From contig DASROF010000027.1 of NCBI GenBank assembly GCA_035647075.1, positions 466 to 64,465 of the forward strand: 64,000 nt of DNA, given 5' to 3'. The notes beneath the pieces are model-generated. The model had not been told where the DNA came from. It saw only the letters and a list, made by a program, of their open reading frames with translations, and did not search any database. Positions 37,176-49,431 of this stretch are shown here, piece after piece (position 1 is the first letter of the stretch; each line of letters opens with the position of its first letter). The DNA comes from Vicinamibacterales bacterium. Its GTDB lineage: Bacteria > Acidobacteriota > Vicinamibacteria > Vicinamibacterales > UBA2999. A program made the translations under genes and the position numbers.

Positions 37176-38438
37176 TCAGGAATGACTCGCCCGCGGCGGT
37201 AGAGACATCCGGAGGCCGCCAATGACGAGTAGTGCGATCGCCAGATTCATGCGCAGGCTGGCGATCGCGCGGGCGGCGATCAGCACTTCGGTCATCGACA
37301 GGATCTGGAACGCGGCCACCGATATCAGGGCCGCGCTGCTGAACAGCCGCTGCTGGCGGCCTCCCGATCGCCAGGCGCGCACCAGGGCCCGCACGACGAC
37401 GAACCAGAGGAATAGCCATGCGGCGAGGCCCGGCACGCCGCTTTCGGTGAGGACGTGCAAGAGGGCGTTGTGCGCATGCCACCCATGCAGATGAAAGTCG
37501 AGGTCCGCCCGCGTGCCTGGCATCTGGTACGCCACTTCATCAAACGTGCCTACGCCGATCCCGAAGAGCGGATGCGCCAGGAACATGTGCCAGGCCTCCC
37601 CCCAGACGCGCTGGCGCAGATCGATTCCGGGATTCCGAGACCGATCAAAAAAGGTCGAGGTGATGAATGCGAAGACGCGGAGGTTGGTCGCAATCATGAC
37701 GGCGCCGCCGACGGCCGCTACACCCATCAGCCACGCCCAGCGCTTCCAATATCCGAGATTGGCGAGGCACACCGCGATCGTCGTCACGGCGAAGACGAGC
37801 GCTCCCATCCGCGAGAGGAGCAGGTAGTTCGCGGCGCCCGCACCGATCCAGGCAGCTCCGTTCAGCCAGGAGGCCCATCGCCGTTGCTCGCCGATAAACC
37901 GGGCGAATAGAAACGGCGCGAACAGGTTGAAGACCCACGTGAGCTGCAGCTTGCCATCCCAGGCCACGGTTGGAATATGAAGCGGAATCTGATCGAGGCC
38001 TTCGGCAATACGCCAGGCGATGACGCGTGCCGAGAGGTAGAGCATGCCGATCGCCGTCACGATCCACACGGCGTCGGCCAGTCGTTCGTCTTCAAGGAGA
38101 TGCGTGAGGTACCAGCAGAACCCGGCGATCGCGACGACACATCCGAGCGACCTGAGGCTGAGTGTTCGCTCCGGCGAGAACATCGTCGACAACGCAAAAG
38201 CCGCGAGGAGAGCGGCAAGCGGTGGATAGAGGAGCGCGGTTCGAGTCGGCCGCCTCAGGTTGATACGCCTGCTGACCATCAGCACCGGCAGCGAGACCGC
38301 GAACGCCACGAGGTACAGCCACGGCCACGCTGCCGACGGATTCGGTTCGCCGAAGGTGGTGAGCCCATCGCCCGTGACCAGGAGGAACACGCCGGCGACT
38401 ACGCACCACCCGCCAAACCTGGCGAGGTCCGACTGCAC
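37176..38438 (-). CDS. O-antigen ligase (WaaL/Wzy_C) family protein
   Basis: About 11 TM helices; LSRMGA, LRQRVWGEAWHMFLAHPLFGIGVGTF, HAHNALLHVLTESG. GTG 38438 preferred start. Confidence 0.85.
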   Translation of the reverse strand: MQSDLARFGGWCVVAGVFLLVTGDGLTTFGEPNPSAAWPWLYLVAFAVSLPVLMVSRRINLRRPTRTALLYPPLAALLAAFALSTMFSPERTLSLRSLGCVVAIAGFCWYLTHLLEDERLADAVWIVTAIGMLYLSARVIAWRIAEGLDQIPLHIPTVAWDGKLQLTWVFNLFAPFLFARFIGEQRRWASWLNGAAWIGAGAANYLLLSRMGALVFAVTTIAVCLANLGYWKRWAWLMGVAAVGGAVMIATNLRVFAFITSTFFDRSRNPGIDLRQRVWGEAWHMFLAHPLFGIGVGTFDEVAYQMPGTRADLDFHLHGWHAHNALLHVLTESGVPGLAAWLFLWFVVVRALVRAWRSGGRQQRLFSSAALISVAAFQILSMTEVLIAARAIASLRMNLAIALLVIGGLRMSLPPRASHS

Positions 38439-38467
38439 GGACGCTAGAATAGTGTAAATATCCACGA

Positions 38468-39274
38468 ATGGTGATCGACGCGCTCGTCGCCCCGTTCCAG
38501 GTCCTCGCGCGTCAGCGCCCTGTGATCACCACGTTCGTGCAGCGCGAAATTCGCACGCGCTACGTGACGTCGGCGCTTGGCGTCGGCTGGGCGCTGATTC
38601 GGCCGCTCTCGCTGCTTGTCCTCTATACCTTCGTTTTCTCGTACGTGTTGAAGGTGAAATTCGGCGGGAACAGCCGCTCTGACTTCGCGTTCAATCTGTT
38701 CTGCGGCCTGGTGCCCTGGCTGGCGTTTTCCGACGGCATTACCCGGGCCACGACCGCGATCGCGGAGCAGGCGCCGCTCGTGAAGCGAGTGCGCTTTCCG
38801 TCCGAGATCCTGCCGATCCACCAGGTACTCGTCTCCCTCGCGCTGGAATCGCTCGGCCTGGTGATCCTGCTTGCCGCCTTGATCGTCGTCGGACGGGCGC
38901 CCGGCTGGCCGCTGCTGACGGTGGCAGCAATTGCCATTCCTCAGTTCCTGTTCACGGCCGGGATCGCATGGGCCGTGGGCGCGCTGTCGGTGCTCGTGCC
39001 GGATACGCGGCAGTTGGTGAGCTTCGGACTTGTCTTCTGGATGTATGCGACCCCGATCGTTTACCCGTTGGAGATCGTGCCCGAACAGTTTCGGTGGCTC
39101 TATCAGCTCAATCCGCTGGCGTACCTTGTTGGAGCGTATCGCGGCGCGGTGCTCCACCATCAGGTCCCGGCGCTGGTACCCTTTGCCGCCTTCTGCGCGA
39201 CCTCTCTCGTCATCTTCATCGCCGGATATTGGGTCTTCAACCGGTTGAAGTACGAGTTCGCGGACGTGCTTTGA
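38468..39274 (+). CDS. wzm: Polysaccharide ABC transporter permease
   Basis: REIRTRYVTSALGVGWALIRPL, LVKRVRFP, FWMYATPIVYP, LNPLAYLV. Confidence 0.92.
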   Translation: MVIDALVAPFQVLARQRPVITTFVQREIRTRYVTSALGVGWALIRPLSLLVLYTFVFSYVLKVKFGGNSRSDFAFNLFCGLVPWLAFSDGITRATTAIAEQAPLVKRVRFPSEILPIHQVLVSLALESLGLVILLAALIVVGRAPGWPLLTVAAIAIPQFLFTAGIAWAVGALSVLVPDTRQLVSFGLVFWMYATPIVYPLEIVPEQFRWLYQLNPLAYLVGAYRGAVLHHQVPALVPFAAFCATSLVIFIAGYWVFNRLKYEFADVL

Positions 39275-40560
39275 TGAGCGAACCAGTCATCGAGCTCGAG
39301 CACGTCTCCAAGTCGTACAAGATCTACCGGAATCCCCGACATCGTGCGATCGAAATGCTCCTGCCGGGTGCTCCGGTTCTTCACACCAACTTCCCGGCGC
39401 TCCAGGACATCAATCTTCGTGTCGAGCGCGGCGAGACGCTCGGTGTCGTCGGCGCGAATGGATCCGGGAAGAGCACGATGCTCCAGATCGTCGCCGGCAT
39501 CGTTCGTCCCACCAGCGGACGCGCAACCGTGCGCGGCCGGGTGTCGTCGCTGCTCGAGCTCGGCGCGGGGTTTCATCCGGAGCTCACCGGTCGTGAGAAC
39601 GTCGAGATGTTCGGGACGATCATTGGCGTGCCGCTGCAGGAAATACGTCGACGCCTGCCGGACATCGAGCGCTTCGCCGGTATCGGCGAGTTCATCACCC
39701 AGCCGGTCAAGGTGTATTCGAGCGGCATGTTCGTGCGGCTGGCGTTTGCCGCGGCGATTCACGTCGACCCCGACATCATCCTCGTCGACGAAGCGCTGTC
39801 CGTGGGCGATGCCGTGTTCCAGCACCAGTGCCTGCTCCGAATTCGTCAGATGCAGGCCAATGGCACGACGATCGTGTGTGTCAGCCATGACATGGGACTG
39901 ATCAAGGCGATCAGTTCCTCCGTCGTGCTGCTCAACGCCGGACGGATCATCGCCGAGGGAGAAGCGGCGGAGATGGCGAGCCTGTATTTCGCCAGGGCGT
40001 CGGCCGAGATTGCGAAAGCGGAAGCGCCAGAGGGGCCCGTACCGACGATGGCACCCGAGTCGGAGACGGTGAGCTTTCAGACCGACGCCAGTCTCGACGC
40101 GCGTGTCCGTGTGTTCCGCCATGGCACCGGCGCAGCCAAGATCCGGAGCATCGAGCTGATCGATTCCTGCAGTCGTCCGACGACCGCCGTCGAGTTCAAT
40201 GACGAGGTGATGTTGCGCGTCCACGTCGAGTATCTGGCCGACGTGCCGAGCAGCATCGTCGGCTTCGGATTCAGGGACCGCAACGGTACAGAGCTGGTCG
40301 GGACGAACACGTTCGAAGAGGGGGTCACCCTGCCATCTCGTGTCGCCGGCTCGACGCTCGTCGTTGAGTTCCGTCTCAGGCTTCCGCTCATTCCTGGCAC
40401 GTACAGCGTCAGTAGCGCTATTGCCGCGGATCGGTACACGAGGGCCTATTTCGACTGGATCGACAACGCCCTGGTGGTCACCGTCTCGCCGCCGCCGTCC
40501 GGCAAGGCGATCCATGGACAGGTATGGCTGCCGGTGGACGTCTCGGTGCATCCGTCATGA
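39274..40560 (+). CDS. wzt: Polysaccharide ABC transporter ATPase with C-terminal Wzt_C domain
   Basis: GANGSGKST, LELGAGFHPELTGREN, YSSGMFVRLAFA, LVDEALSVGD, VSHD, C-terminal Ig-like domain. Confidence 0.94.
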   Translation: MSEPVIELEHVSKSYKIYRNPRHRAIEMLLPGAPVLHTNFPALQDINLRVERGETLGVVGANGSGKSTMLQIVAGIVRPTSGRATVRGRVSSLLELGAGFHPELTGRENVEMFGTIIGVPLQEIRRRLPDIERFAGIGEFITQPVKVYSSGMFVRLAFAAAIHVDPDIILVDEALSVGDAVFQHQCLLRIRQMQANGTTIVCVSHDMGLIKAISSSVVLLNAGRIIAEGEAAEMASLYFARASAEIAKAEAPEGPVPTMAPESETVSFQTDASLDARVRVFRHGTGAAKIRSIELIDSCSRPTTAVEFNDEVMLRVHVEYLADVPSSIVGFGFRDRNGTELVGTNTFEEGVTLPSRVAGSTLVVEFRLRLPLIPGTYSVSSAIAADRYTRAYFDWIDNALVVTVSPPPSGKAIHGQVWLPVDVSVHPS

Positions 40561-42482
40561 GCGCCGACACTCGTCCGGACGAACCGGGGTCGGTGGACCA
40601 GGAACTGCTCACCGAAATCGAGCACCTGTCGCGGCTGGTCGCGGACCAGGAGCGCATCGTGACCGCTGCCGTCAACGAAATGCGCCGCTCGCACGCGGCG
40701 CTTGGCTGGCGTGCCCAGCTCCGGTTCGAAAAGATTGGCGCGCGGCTGCTGCGCAATCCACTGACGCGCGAGCCGTATCGGATGGCGCGGCGGGCGTTCG
40801 AAATCTGGGTCGACCACGGGTTCGTGGACATCTTCCGGTTCGCCAAACGCAAGATCGGTTCTGCCGCCCGCGGTCGTTCCTTGAGCGTGGACGATCACAC
40901 CTGGGAACCACCGGAGCCGGACGAATACCGGCAGTGGCTGCAGCGTAACGTGCCGACCGCCGATGCGTACGCCGCGATGCGCGTGGCCCGGGCGGCGTTC
41001 AAGGACGCACCGCTCATCAGCGTGGTGATCGCAGGCGATCCTCCGGAGACGCCTGCTGCACGCCGCACGATCGAGTCGATCCACGCTCAGATCTACGACC
41101 GGTGGGAACTATGTACGGCGCCTACCCATGCAGAAGCGTTTCGTGGGGCAACCGGCGCCGTCATTGCCTTCGTCAACGTGGGCGATGTGCTTGTTCCGGA
41201 AGCGCTCTTTGAGGTCGTCAAACGTCTGAACGACGACCCGGCGGCCGACATTGTCTATTCGGATCAAGATTTCATCGACGCGGCGGGCCGACTCTTCGAT
41301 CCATTTTTCAAGCCGGAGTGGGATCCGGAGTTGCTGTTCTCGACCAACATCCTCGGCCCGTTCACCGTGATGCGACGTCGTGTGGTTGAGCGCGCCGGCG
41401 GGCTCAGGCCAGAGCTCGGCGCCGGCCAGCCCTACGATCTGATGTTGCGGGCCAGTGAACAGACGCAGCAGATTCACCACGTGGCCAAAGTGTTGTGCCA
41501 TCTGGGGCCCCGCGAGGCGACCAGGGACCGGATCGTCTGGCGTCACGCGGCGGCGCGCGACGAACGACGCGCGCTCGATGAGGCACTGGCCCGCCGGCAG
41601 CGTCCCGGCTGTGTGGAACCGCTGTTCACGACGCGCGGACCTCGTTGCTACACCACGCGATTCCGCCTGACGCAGCGGCCGCTCGTGTCCATCATCATCC
41701 CGACCCGGGATCAGGCAGCGCTGCTGCGGACGACGATCGACAGCATCCTGACGCGCACCGATTATGACGCGTACGAAATCGTGGTCATTGACAACAACAG
41801 CGTTGAACCGGACGCGGTTGCCTATCTTGCGTCACTGCGGCCTCCGTGTCAGGTGCACCGGTGGACCGCTCCGTTCAACTATTCGGCGATCAACAACTTT
41901 GGCGTCCGCCAGGGGCGCGGCGAGCAGCTGCTGTTTCTCAACAACGATGTCGAGGTCCTTCGCGCTGACTGGTTGACCGCGATGCTCGAGTACGCGCAGT
42001 TCGACGCGGTCGGATCAGTGGGGGCCAAGCTGCTCTACACAGACGGCACCATCCAGCACGCTGGCGTGGTGCTGAACGTCGGCGGTGTCGCGCAGCACGC
42101 CTTTCGCTGCACGGCGAAGGAAGTGCCCGGCGTTCCGCGACTGGCCGAGCTGCCACGGAACTGCAGCGCCGTGACCGGCGCCTGCATGATGGTGCCGCGA
42201 CGGGTCTTCGACAAGGTTGGAGGCTTCGACGAGGCTCTCCGGGTCGTGCTCAACGATATCGACCTGTGTCTGCGCATTCGCGAGCATGGGTACGAGGTCG
42301 TCTACACGCCACATGCGCTTCTCTACCACCACGAGGGCGCCAGCCGCGGCCGTGTCCATCCGCCTGAGGACGAGGAGCGCTTCGTCGCGCGCTGGTCGGC
42401 GCAGCTCGGGCGCGTCGATCCGTACTACAACCCCAATCTCAGCGACACACGTGAGGATTGGAGCCTGAAGCTGGATTTATAG
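40557..42482 (+). CDS. Multidomain GT2 glycosyltransferase with N-terminal coiled coil
   Basis: Degenerate first GT-A domain (YSDQD...FKPEWDPELL) and complete second domain (VSIIIPTRD, IDNNS, FNYSAINN, LLFLNNDVE, AVTGAC, LNDIDLCLR). Confidence 0.9.
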   Translation: MSADTRPDEPGSVDQELLTEIEHLSRLVADQERIVTAAVNEMRRSHAALGWRAQLRFEKIGARLLRNPLTREPYRMARRAFEIWVDHGFVDIFRFAKRKIGSAARGRSLSVDDHTWEPPEPDEYRQWLQRNVPTADAYAAMRVARAAFKDAPLISVVIAGDPPETPAARRTIESIHAQIYDRWELCTAPTHAEAFRGATGAVIAFVNVGDVLVPEALFEVVKRLNDDPAADIVYSDQDFIDAAGRLFDPFFKPEWDPELLFSTNILGPFTVMRRRVVERAGGLRPELGAGQPYDLMLRASEQTQQIHHVAKVLCHLGPREATRDRIVWRHAAARDERRALDEALARRQRPGCVEPLFTTRGPRCYTTRFRLTQRPLVSIIIPTRDQAALLRTTIDSILTRTDYDAYEIVVIDNNSVEPDAVAYLASLRPPCQVHRWTAPFNYSAINNFGVRQGRGEQLLFLNNDVEVLRADWLTAMLEYAQFDAVGSVGAKLLYTDGTIQHAGVVLNVGGVAQHAFRCTAKEVPGVPRLAELPRNCSAVTGACMMVPRRVFDKVGGFDEALRVVLNDIDLCLRIREHGYEVVYTPHALLYHHEGASRGRVHPPEDEERFVARWSAQLGRVDPYYNPNLSDTREDWSLKLDL

Positions 42483-42519
42483 GGACCTCGCTCACACCTA
42501 TAATCCGCCCAGCTCGACA

Positions 42520-45147
42520 ATGACCCTTTCTTCCGGTGCCCGTCTGGGAGCCTACGAAATCCTGGCAAAACTCGGCGAGGGCGGGATGGGCGAGGTGTAT
42601 CGCGCCCGGGATACGCGCCTCAAGCGTGACGTCGCGATCAAAGTCCTGCCCGATGCGTTCGCGCGGGATCCGGATCGTCTGACCCGTTTTGAACGCGAGG
42701 CTGAACTGCTGGCCACGCTGAATCATCCCAATATCGCCAGCGTCTACGGGTTTGAGGAAGCCGCATCGGGCAGCGGCATTGTCCTCGAGCTCGTCGAAGG
42801 GCCGACGCTGTCGGATCGGATCGCGCAGGGACCGGTTCCAGTCGCAGAGGCTTTATCGATCGCGCGCCAGATGACGGACGCACTCGACGCGGCGCATCAG
42901 AAAGGCATCGTTCATCGCGATCTCAAGCCCGCAAACATCAAGTTTACCGCTGGCGGCCAGGTCAAGGTGCTCGACTTCGGTCTGGCCAAGGCGATGGAGT
43001 CAGCGACGGCCGTGATCGCTGGCGCTTCGATCTCACCGACGATGGTCTCGCCGGCAACACAGGCCGGAATCATCCTCGGCACGGCGGCCTACATGAGTCC
43101 CGAACAGGCGCGCGGGAAGGCCGTCGATCAACGCGCCGACATCTGGGCGTTTGGCTGCGTGCTGTTCGAGATGCTGACCGGGAGGTCGCCGTTCGGTTCT
43201 GCGGAAACCGTCTCCGATTCGATCGCGGCCATCCTCACTCGCGAGCCAGACTGGAACGCACTCCCGGCCGACACACCGGCGTCCGTCCGCAGGCTGCTTC
43301 GTCGCTGCACCCACAAGGACGTCGATCGCCGGATTCATCACATCGGCGATGCGCGGTTGGAGCTGGACGATGCCGCTGGCGAGTCAGTGCAGGACTCGAG
43401 TCACGCGACGGGCCGCGCATACTGGCGAACCGCGCTCCCGTGGGCGGTCGGCGCGATAGGAGTCGCCGTCGCTGCCGTCACCGTGCTGTGGCCACGAGCG
43501 GACCGTTCGACGTCGGCCGCGCCCGTGACTCGTCTCGAGCTCACACTGCCTCCTAACCTGGAGCTGTACACCTCGGCGAGGACGATTGCGCTGTCGCCGG
43601 ATGGCAGTCGCCTCGCGTTTATCGGAGTGCTGAACGGCTCGCGTCAAATCTACCTGCGGAGGCTGGATCACTTCGAGGCCACGACGCTGCGTGGGAGCGA
43701 CGCCGTCTCGACGCTTTTCTTTTCGCCGGACGGAACGTCGATCGGGTTCGTGACCTCCTCCGGTCTCCTCAAAACGATCTCTCTCACGGACGGCGTGGTG
43801 TTGACGGTGAGCGACCGGGTCAGCTTTCTGGGCGGTGGAGCCTGGGGCGCGGATGGCAGCCTCATCGTCCAGCGTGGCAGCACGTTGTGGCGTGTGCCGC
43901 GAACTGGAGGAGAGCCGAAGCAGTTGATGGCACTCGATGCCGCGCACCGCGATACGCGCCACGCATGGCCGATCGTGCTTCCGGACGGAAAGACGATGCT
44001 CTTTGCGGCGGCGTCGAACGACGGTTGGCGCATTGACTCGCTCGATCTGGATATGGGCGAGCGACGTACCATCATTGAACGCGGAACCCTGCCCCTCTAC
44101 GTGAACGTCGGGCAGCTTGCGTACTTCCGGGACGGGCAGATGTTTACGGTGCCGTTTGATGCCGCGGCGCTCAAGGTCACCGGACCCGCGGCGCCGCTCA
44201 TCGAAGACGTTCCGACGCTGACGTCGGAGATTCCACTCCTCGACGTGTCGTTGTCGGGTGCCATGATGTACTCGGCGACCACGGCCTTCAGCACGCTCGT
44301 GTGGGTCTCGCGAGGAGGTGAGGAGCAGGTTCTCAATGGCGAACGCCGCAGCTACGCGAATCCGAGGATGTCGCCTGACGGTCAGCGGTTCATCGTCCAG
44401 GCAGGCGAGCTCTGGGTGGAAGACCTGGCGCGCGCAACCTTCAGCCGGCTGACAACCGGCACGATATTGGGGAACGGTTTCCCGATCTGGTTGCCGGACG
44501 GGCGGGTCATGTACCGCGGCCAGACGGGTCTCCGGGTGCAGGGAACGAGCGGCCCCGGCGGTGACGCGCAGGTGCTTCCGGGAACGACCGATCTCGATTA
44601 CCCGGGCGTGATCGCGCCTGACGGCGACACGTTGGTGTTCCTGCGCAGCACCCAAGACTCGTCGTTCAACATCCTCACGTTGTCGCTCCGCAATCCCGCA
44701 AAGACATCGACGGTCCTACAGACGCCTTCGTACGAGGGCGGCGTCCGGCTGTCACCGGACGGTCGTTGGATGTCGTACGTTTCGAACGAGACCGGGCGCA
44801 ACGAGATTTACCTCCGCCCATTCCCCGGCCCGGGCGAGCGCCAGCAGGTGTCGACTGACGGCGGTACGCAGGCGATCTGGAATCCGAATGGCCGTGAGAT
44901 TTTTTATCGTGTCGACGACAAGATGATGGTGGTACAGGTGACGACGAGTCCCACGCTGAAGATGTCGTCACCTGAGCTGCTGTTCGAGGCCCGGTACGCG
45001 TACGGCGCGGGCATCACCATTCCGAATTTCGACGTGTCGCGCGACGGCCAGCGCTTCGTAATGGTCAAACCGGAATCGGGCGCGGGGCGCTTGAACGTGG
45101 TGCTGAACTGGTTTGCCGACCGAGCCACAGTAACCGGGAAGAACTAA
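42520..45147 (+). CDS. Hanks-type Ser/Thr protein kinase + TM + TolB-like/PD40 beta-propeller
   Basis: GEGGMGEVY, VAIK, HRDLKPAN, DFGLAK, GTAAYMSPEQ; repeated SPDG units; TATAAT at 42499. Confidence 0.95.
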   Translation: MTLSSGARLGAYEILAKLGEGGMGEVYRARDTRLKRDVAIKVLPDAFARDPDRLTRFEREAELLATLNHPNIASVYGFEEAASGSGIVLELVEGPTLSDRIAQGPVPVAEALSIARQMTDALDAAHQKGIVHRDLKPANIKFTAGGQVKVLDFGLAKAMESATAVIAGASISPTMVSPATQAGIILGTAAYMSPEQARGKAVDQRADIWAFGCVLFEMLTGRSPFGSAETVSDSIAAILTREPDWNALPADTPASVRRLLRRCTHKDVDRRIHHIGDARLELDDAAGESVQDSSHATGRAYWRTALPWAVGAIGVAVAAVTVLWPRADRSTSAAPVTRLELTLPPNLELYTSARTIALSPDGSRLAFIGVLNGSRQIYLRRLDHFEATTLRGSDAVSTLFFSPDGTSIGFVTSSGLLKTISLTDGVVLTVSDRVSFLGGGAWGADGSLIVQRGSTLWRVPRTGGEPKQLMALDAAHRDTRHAWPIVLPDGKTMLFAAASNDGWRIDSLDLDMGERRTIIERGTLPLYVNVGQLAYFRDGQMFTVPFDAAALKVTGPAAPLIEDVPTLTSEIPLLDVSLSGAMMYSATTAFSTLVWVSRGGEEQVLNGERRSYANPRMSPDGQRFIVQAGELWVEDLARATFSRLTTGTILGNGFPIWLPDGRVMYRGQTGLRVQGTSGPGGDAQVLPGTTDLDYPGVIAPDGDTLVFLRSTQDSSFNILTLSLRNPAKTSTVLQTPSYEGGVRLSPDGRWMSYVSNETGRNEIYLRPFPGPGERQQVSTDGGTQAIWNPNGREIFYRVDDKMMVVQVTTSPTLKMSSPELLFEARYAYGAGITIPNFDVSRDGQRFVMVKPESGAGRLNVVLNWFADRATVTGKN

Positions 45148-45527
45148 GGGCCGTCCCAATGAGGATTGGGTTCAGGCGTGCTGCCGTTTGTGCTCGTGGC
45201 GACGTCGGCAGCCCTCCGGGTGTGAAGCTGATGCCGACGTGGACAACACGTTCGGTCAGTACAAGAACATGGTCCTCGCGATGGTTGCGGTGTTCCAGGG
45301 TTCTGATCGCCTTCATCGCCGGAGCGGTTCTTACGCCGTCTCCGGCTCCCTGGAAGCGGCACGTCTGAGCCTGGCGCCGCCCTTTGCACCGACGGCCAAC
45401 GTCCGAATTGGACCGACCGGCGACGCCGGCATTGCCACGACCAGCGAAGCGAAATCGCACCGACCAGCGTAAGAAGAATCGCACCGTGGGATAATGCGCG
45501 ACTGATTCAGGTGAAAGGGTTCACACC

Positions 45528-45982
45528 ATGCGATTGACAGTGAACGGCAAGGCCCAGACATACAACGACGATCCGGAGATGCCGCTGCTCTGGTACCTCC
45601 GCGACGATTTGCGGCTCACCGGCACCCGCTTCGGCTGCGGCGCCGGCCTGTGCGGCGCGTGCACGGTGCACGTGAACGGCCAGGCCGTCCGCTCGTGCCA
45701 GACGCGGATGGGCACGCTGGAGTCGAAGACCGTGCTCACGATCGACGCGCTCGCTGAGGGTGGCAAGCTGCACCCTGTGCAGCGCGCCTGGATCCAGCAC
45801 GACGTCCCGCAGTGCGGCTACTGTCAGTCCGGTCAAATCATGTCGGCCGTCGCGCTGTTGAAGACGACACCGAACCCGACCGACGCGCAGATCGACGCGG
45901 CCATGGCGGGCAATATCTGCCGCTGTGGCACCTATCAGCGCATCCGCGCCGCGATCAAGACCGCGGCAAAGGAGCGTGGGTG

Positions 45983-45983
<1 letters not shown>
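45528..45983 (+). CDS. iorA: (2Fe-2S)-binding subunit of isoquinoline-1-oxidoreductase-like molybdoenzyme
   Basis: [36 protein letters not shown]. Confidence 0.92.
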
Positions 45984-48256
<2,273 letters not shown>

Positions 48257-48261
48257 TCGTG

Positions 48262-48300
48262 ACCGGACGCGACTGACCGCCGGGGCGTCCGGTTATTTCT
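48262..48300 (+). terminator. Intrinsic terminator hairpin between convergent genes
   Basis: ACCGGACGC (48262-70) pairs with GCGTCCGGT (48285-93), followed by TATTTCT. Confidence 0.6.
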
Positions 48301-49339
48301 TATCGCCGAACAGCTGACGGTAATCGCGGTTGTTCTCGCAGACGAACTCGAAGATCCGCTTCTGCGGCGCGTCGACGAACCGGAAACTCCGATTCGTCTT
48401 CCAGGGGCCGGCAAAGACATTCGGATCGTCGATCGTGAGCTCGTACTCGACACCCTCGGGCACTCGGGTGAGGCGCTCCACCGTGTGCAGATCCTCCGAG
48501 TGCCGATAGCCGTTGATCTCGGTCTTGTCGTTGTAGCCGATCGTGTCGACCACGAGTGTGTCGCCTTCCCAGTGACCGACTGAATCGCCAAGCCACGAAG
48601 GATCGGGATCGGCCTGATGCGGCTCACCATCGAGCGGAATGATTCGGAACGTGCCGGGATACTCGTGGAAGATCACGAGATAGTCCTTGTTCTGAATGAA
48701 CTGGAATTCATACGGCACGCCAAAGGAGTTTGGCGGAATCAACGGCAGGCAATCGGACGTCGCTCCCGTGTCGAGCGGGCCACGGGTGACCCGATACTTC
48801 TCGGCTCCGGGCTTGAGCGCGGGCGCCGCGCCGCCCCCGCGCCCGCCGAACAGGTTCGCCCACCCGTAGACGCCAGAGAAGTCCGGCTTGCCATCCGGCG
48901 TGCGCCGAATCGCCGTGCTCGCGCCCGCGGCCGCGCCGGCAGCCGCGGTGACGGGCTTCGTACCGGGGACGGTCACGGTCACCGTCTGTGTCACTGAGCC
49001 GGCACTCAACGTGTACGTTGTCGTCGCCGTGGGCGTGACACGCTGCGAACCGCGGGGCGCGACCCGACCGACGCCCGGCTCGATCGTCCCGAAGCCGTTG
49101 AAGCCGGTTGCCGACGGCGGATTCTCGATGTGCCAGACCAGAAGGGCCGACTCGCCGGGCTTGATCGTCGCCGGCTTCGCCTCGAACGTGACGATCCGCG
49201 TCGCCGGGGCCGCTGCTCCGCGGCCGCGGCCCGCCGCCGGCGGCGCCTGTCCCTGGGGCGCCTGCGGGGCGGCTGAAATTACGGCGAATCCGCCAAGCAA
49301 CACGGCGACGAGCGAGCCAGTCGTGAATTTCTTCAACAC
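48293..49339 (-). CDS. Secreted hypothetical protein: Ig/PKD-like domain + 'GKPDFSG...WEGDTLVVDT' domain
   Basis: Signal peptide; FEAKPATIKPGESALLVW...TTTYTL; TPDGKPDFSG, DCLP, GDSVGHWEGDTLVVDT, FVCENN. GTG 49339. Confidence 0.75.
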   Translation of the reverse strand: MLKKFTTGSLVAVLLGGFAVISAAPQAPQGQAPPAAGRGRGAAAPATRIVTFEAKPATIKPGESALLVWHIENPPSATGFNGFGTIEPGVGRVAPRGSQRVTPTATTTYTLSAGSVTQTVTVTVPGTKPVTAAAGAAAGASTAIRRTPDGKPDFSGVYGWANLFGGRGGGAAPALKPGAEKYRVTRGPLDTGATSDCLPLIPPNSFGVPYEFQFIQNKDYLVIFHEYPGTFRIIPLDGEPHQADPDPSWLGDSVGHWEGDTLVVDTIGYNDKTEINGYRHSEDLHTVERLTRVPEGVEYELTIDDPNVFAGPWKTNRSFRFVDAPQKRIFEFVCENNRDYRQLFGDKK

Positions 49340-49431
49340 GCGCCAATTGTATCGCCGGGGGCGAACCATGCACCGCAGCGGACCGCCTCGCATTACAATC
49401 CCGCCGCGTCCCTTCTTCTGGAGATCGACAC

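Noticed and set aside
42520-45147. Kinase as a defence or toxin system
   Set aside because: Standard kinase-TM-PD40 architecture, common in Acidobacteria, with no antitoxin, phosphatase or defence neighbours.
45148-45527. Moco riboswitch upstream of iorAB
   Set aside because: I could not find the conserved Moco-motif elements by eye; a covariance-model scan is needed for a definite answer.
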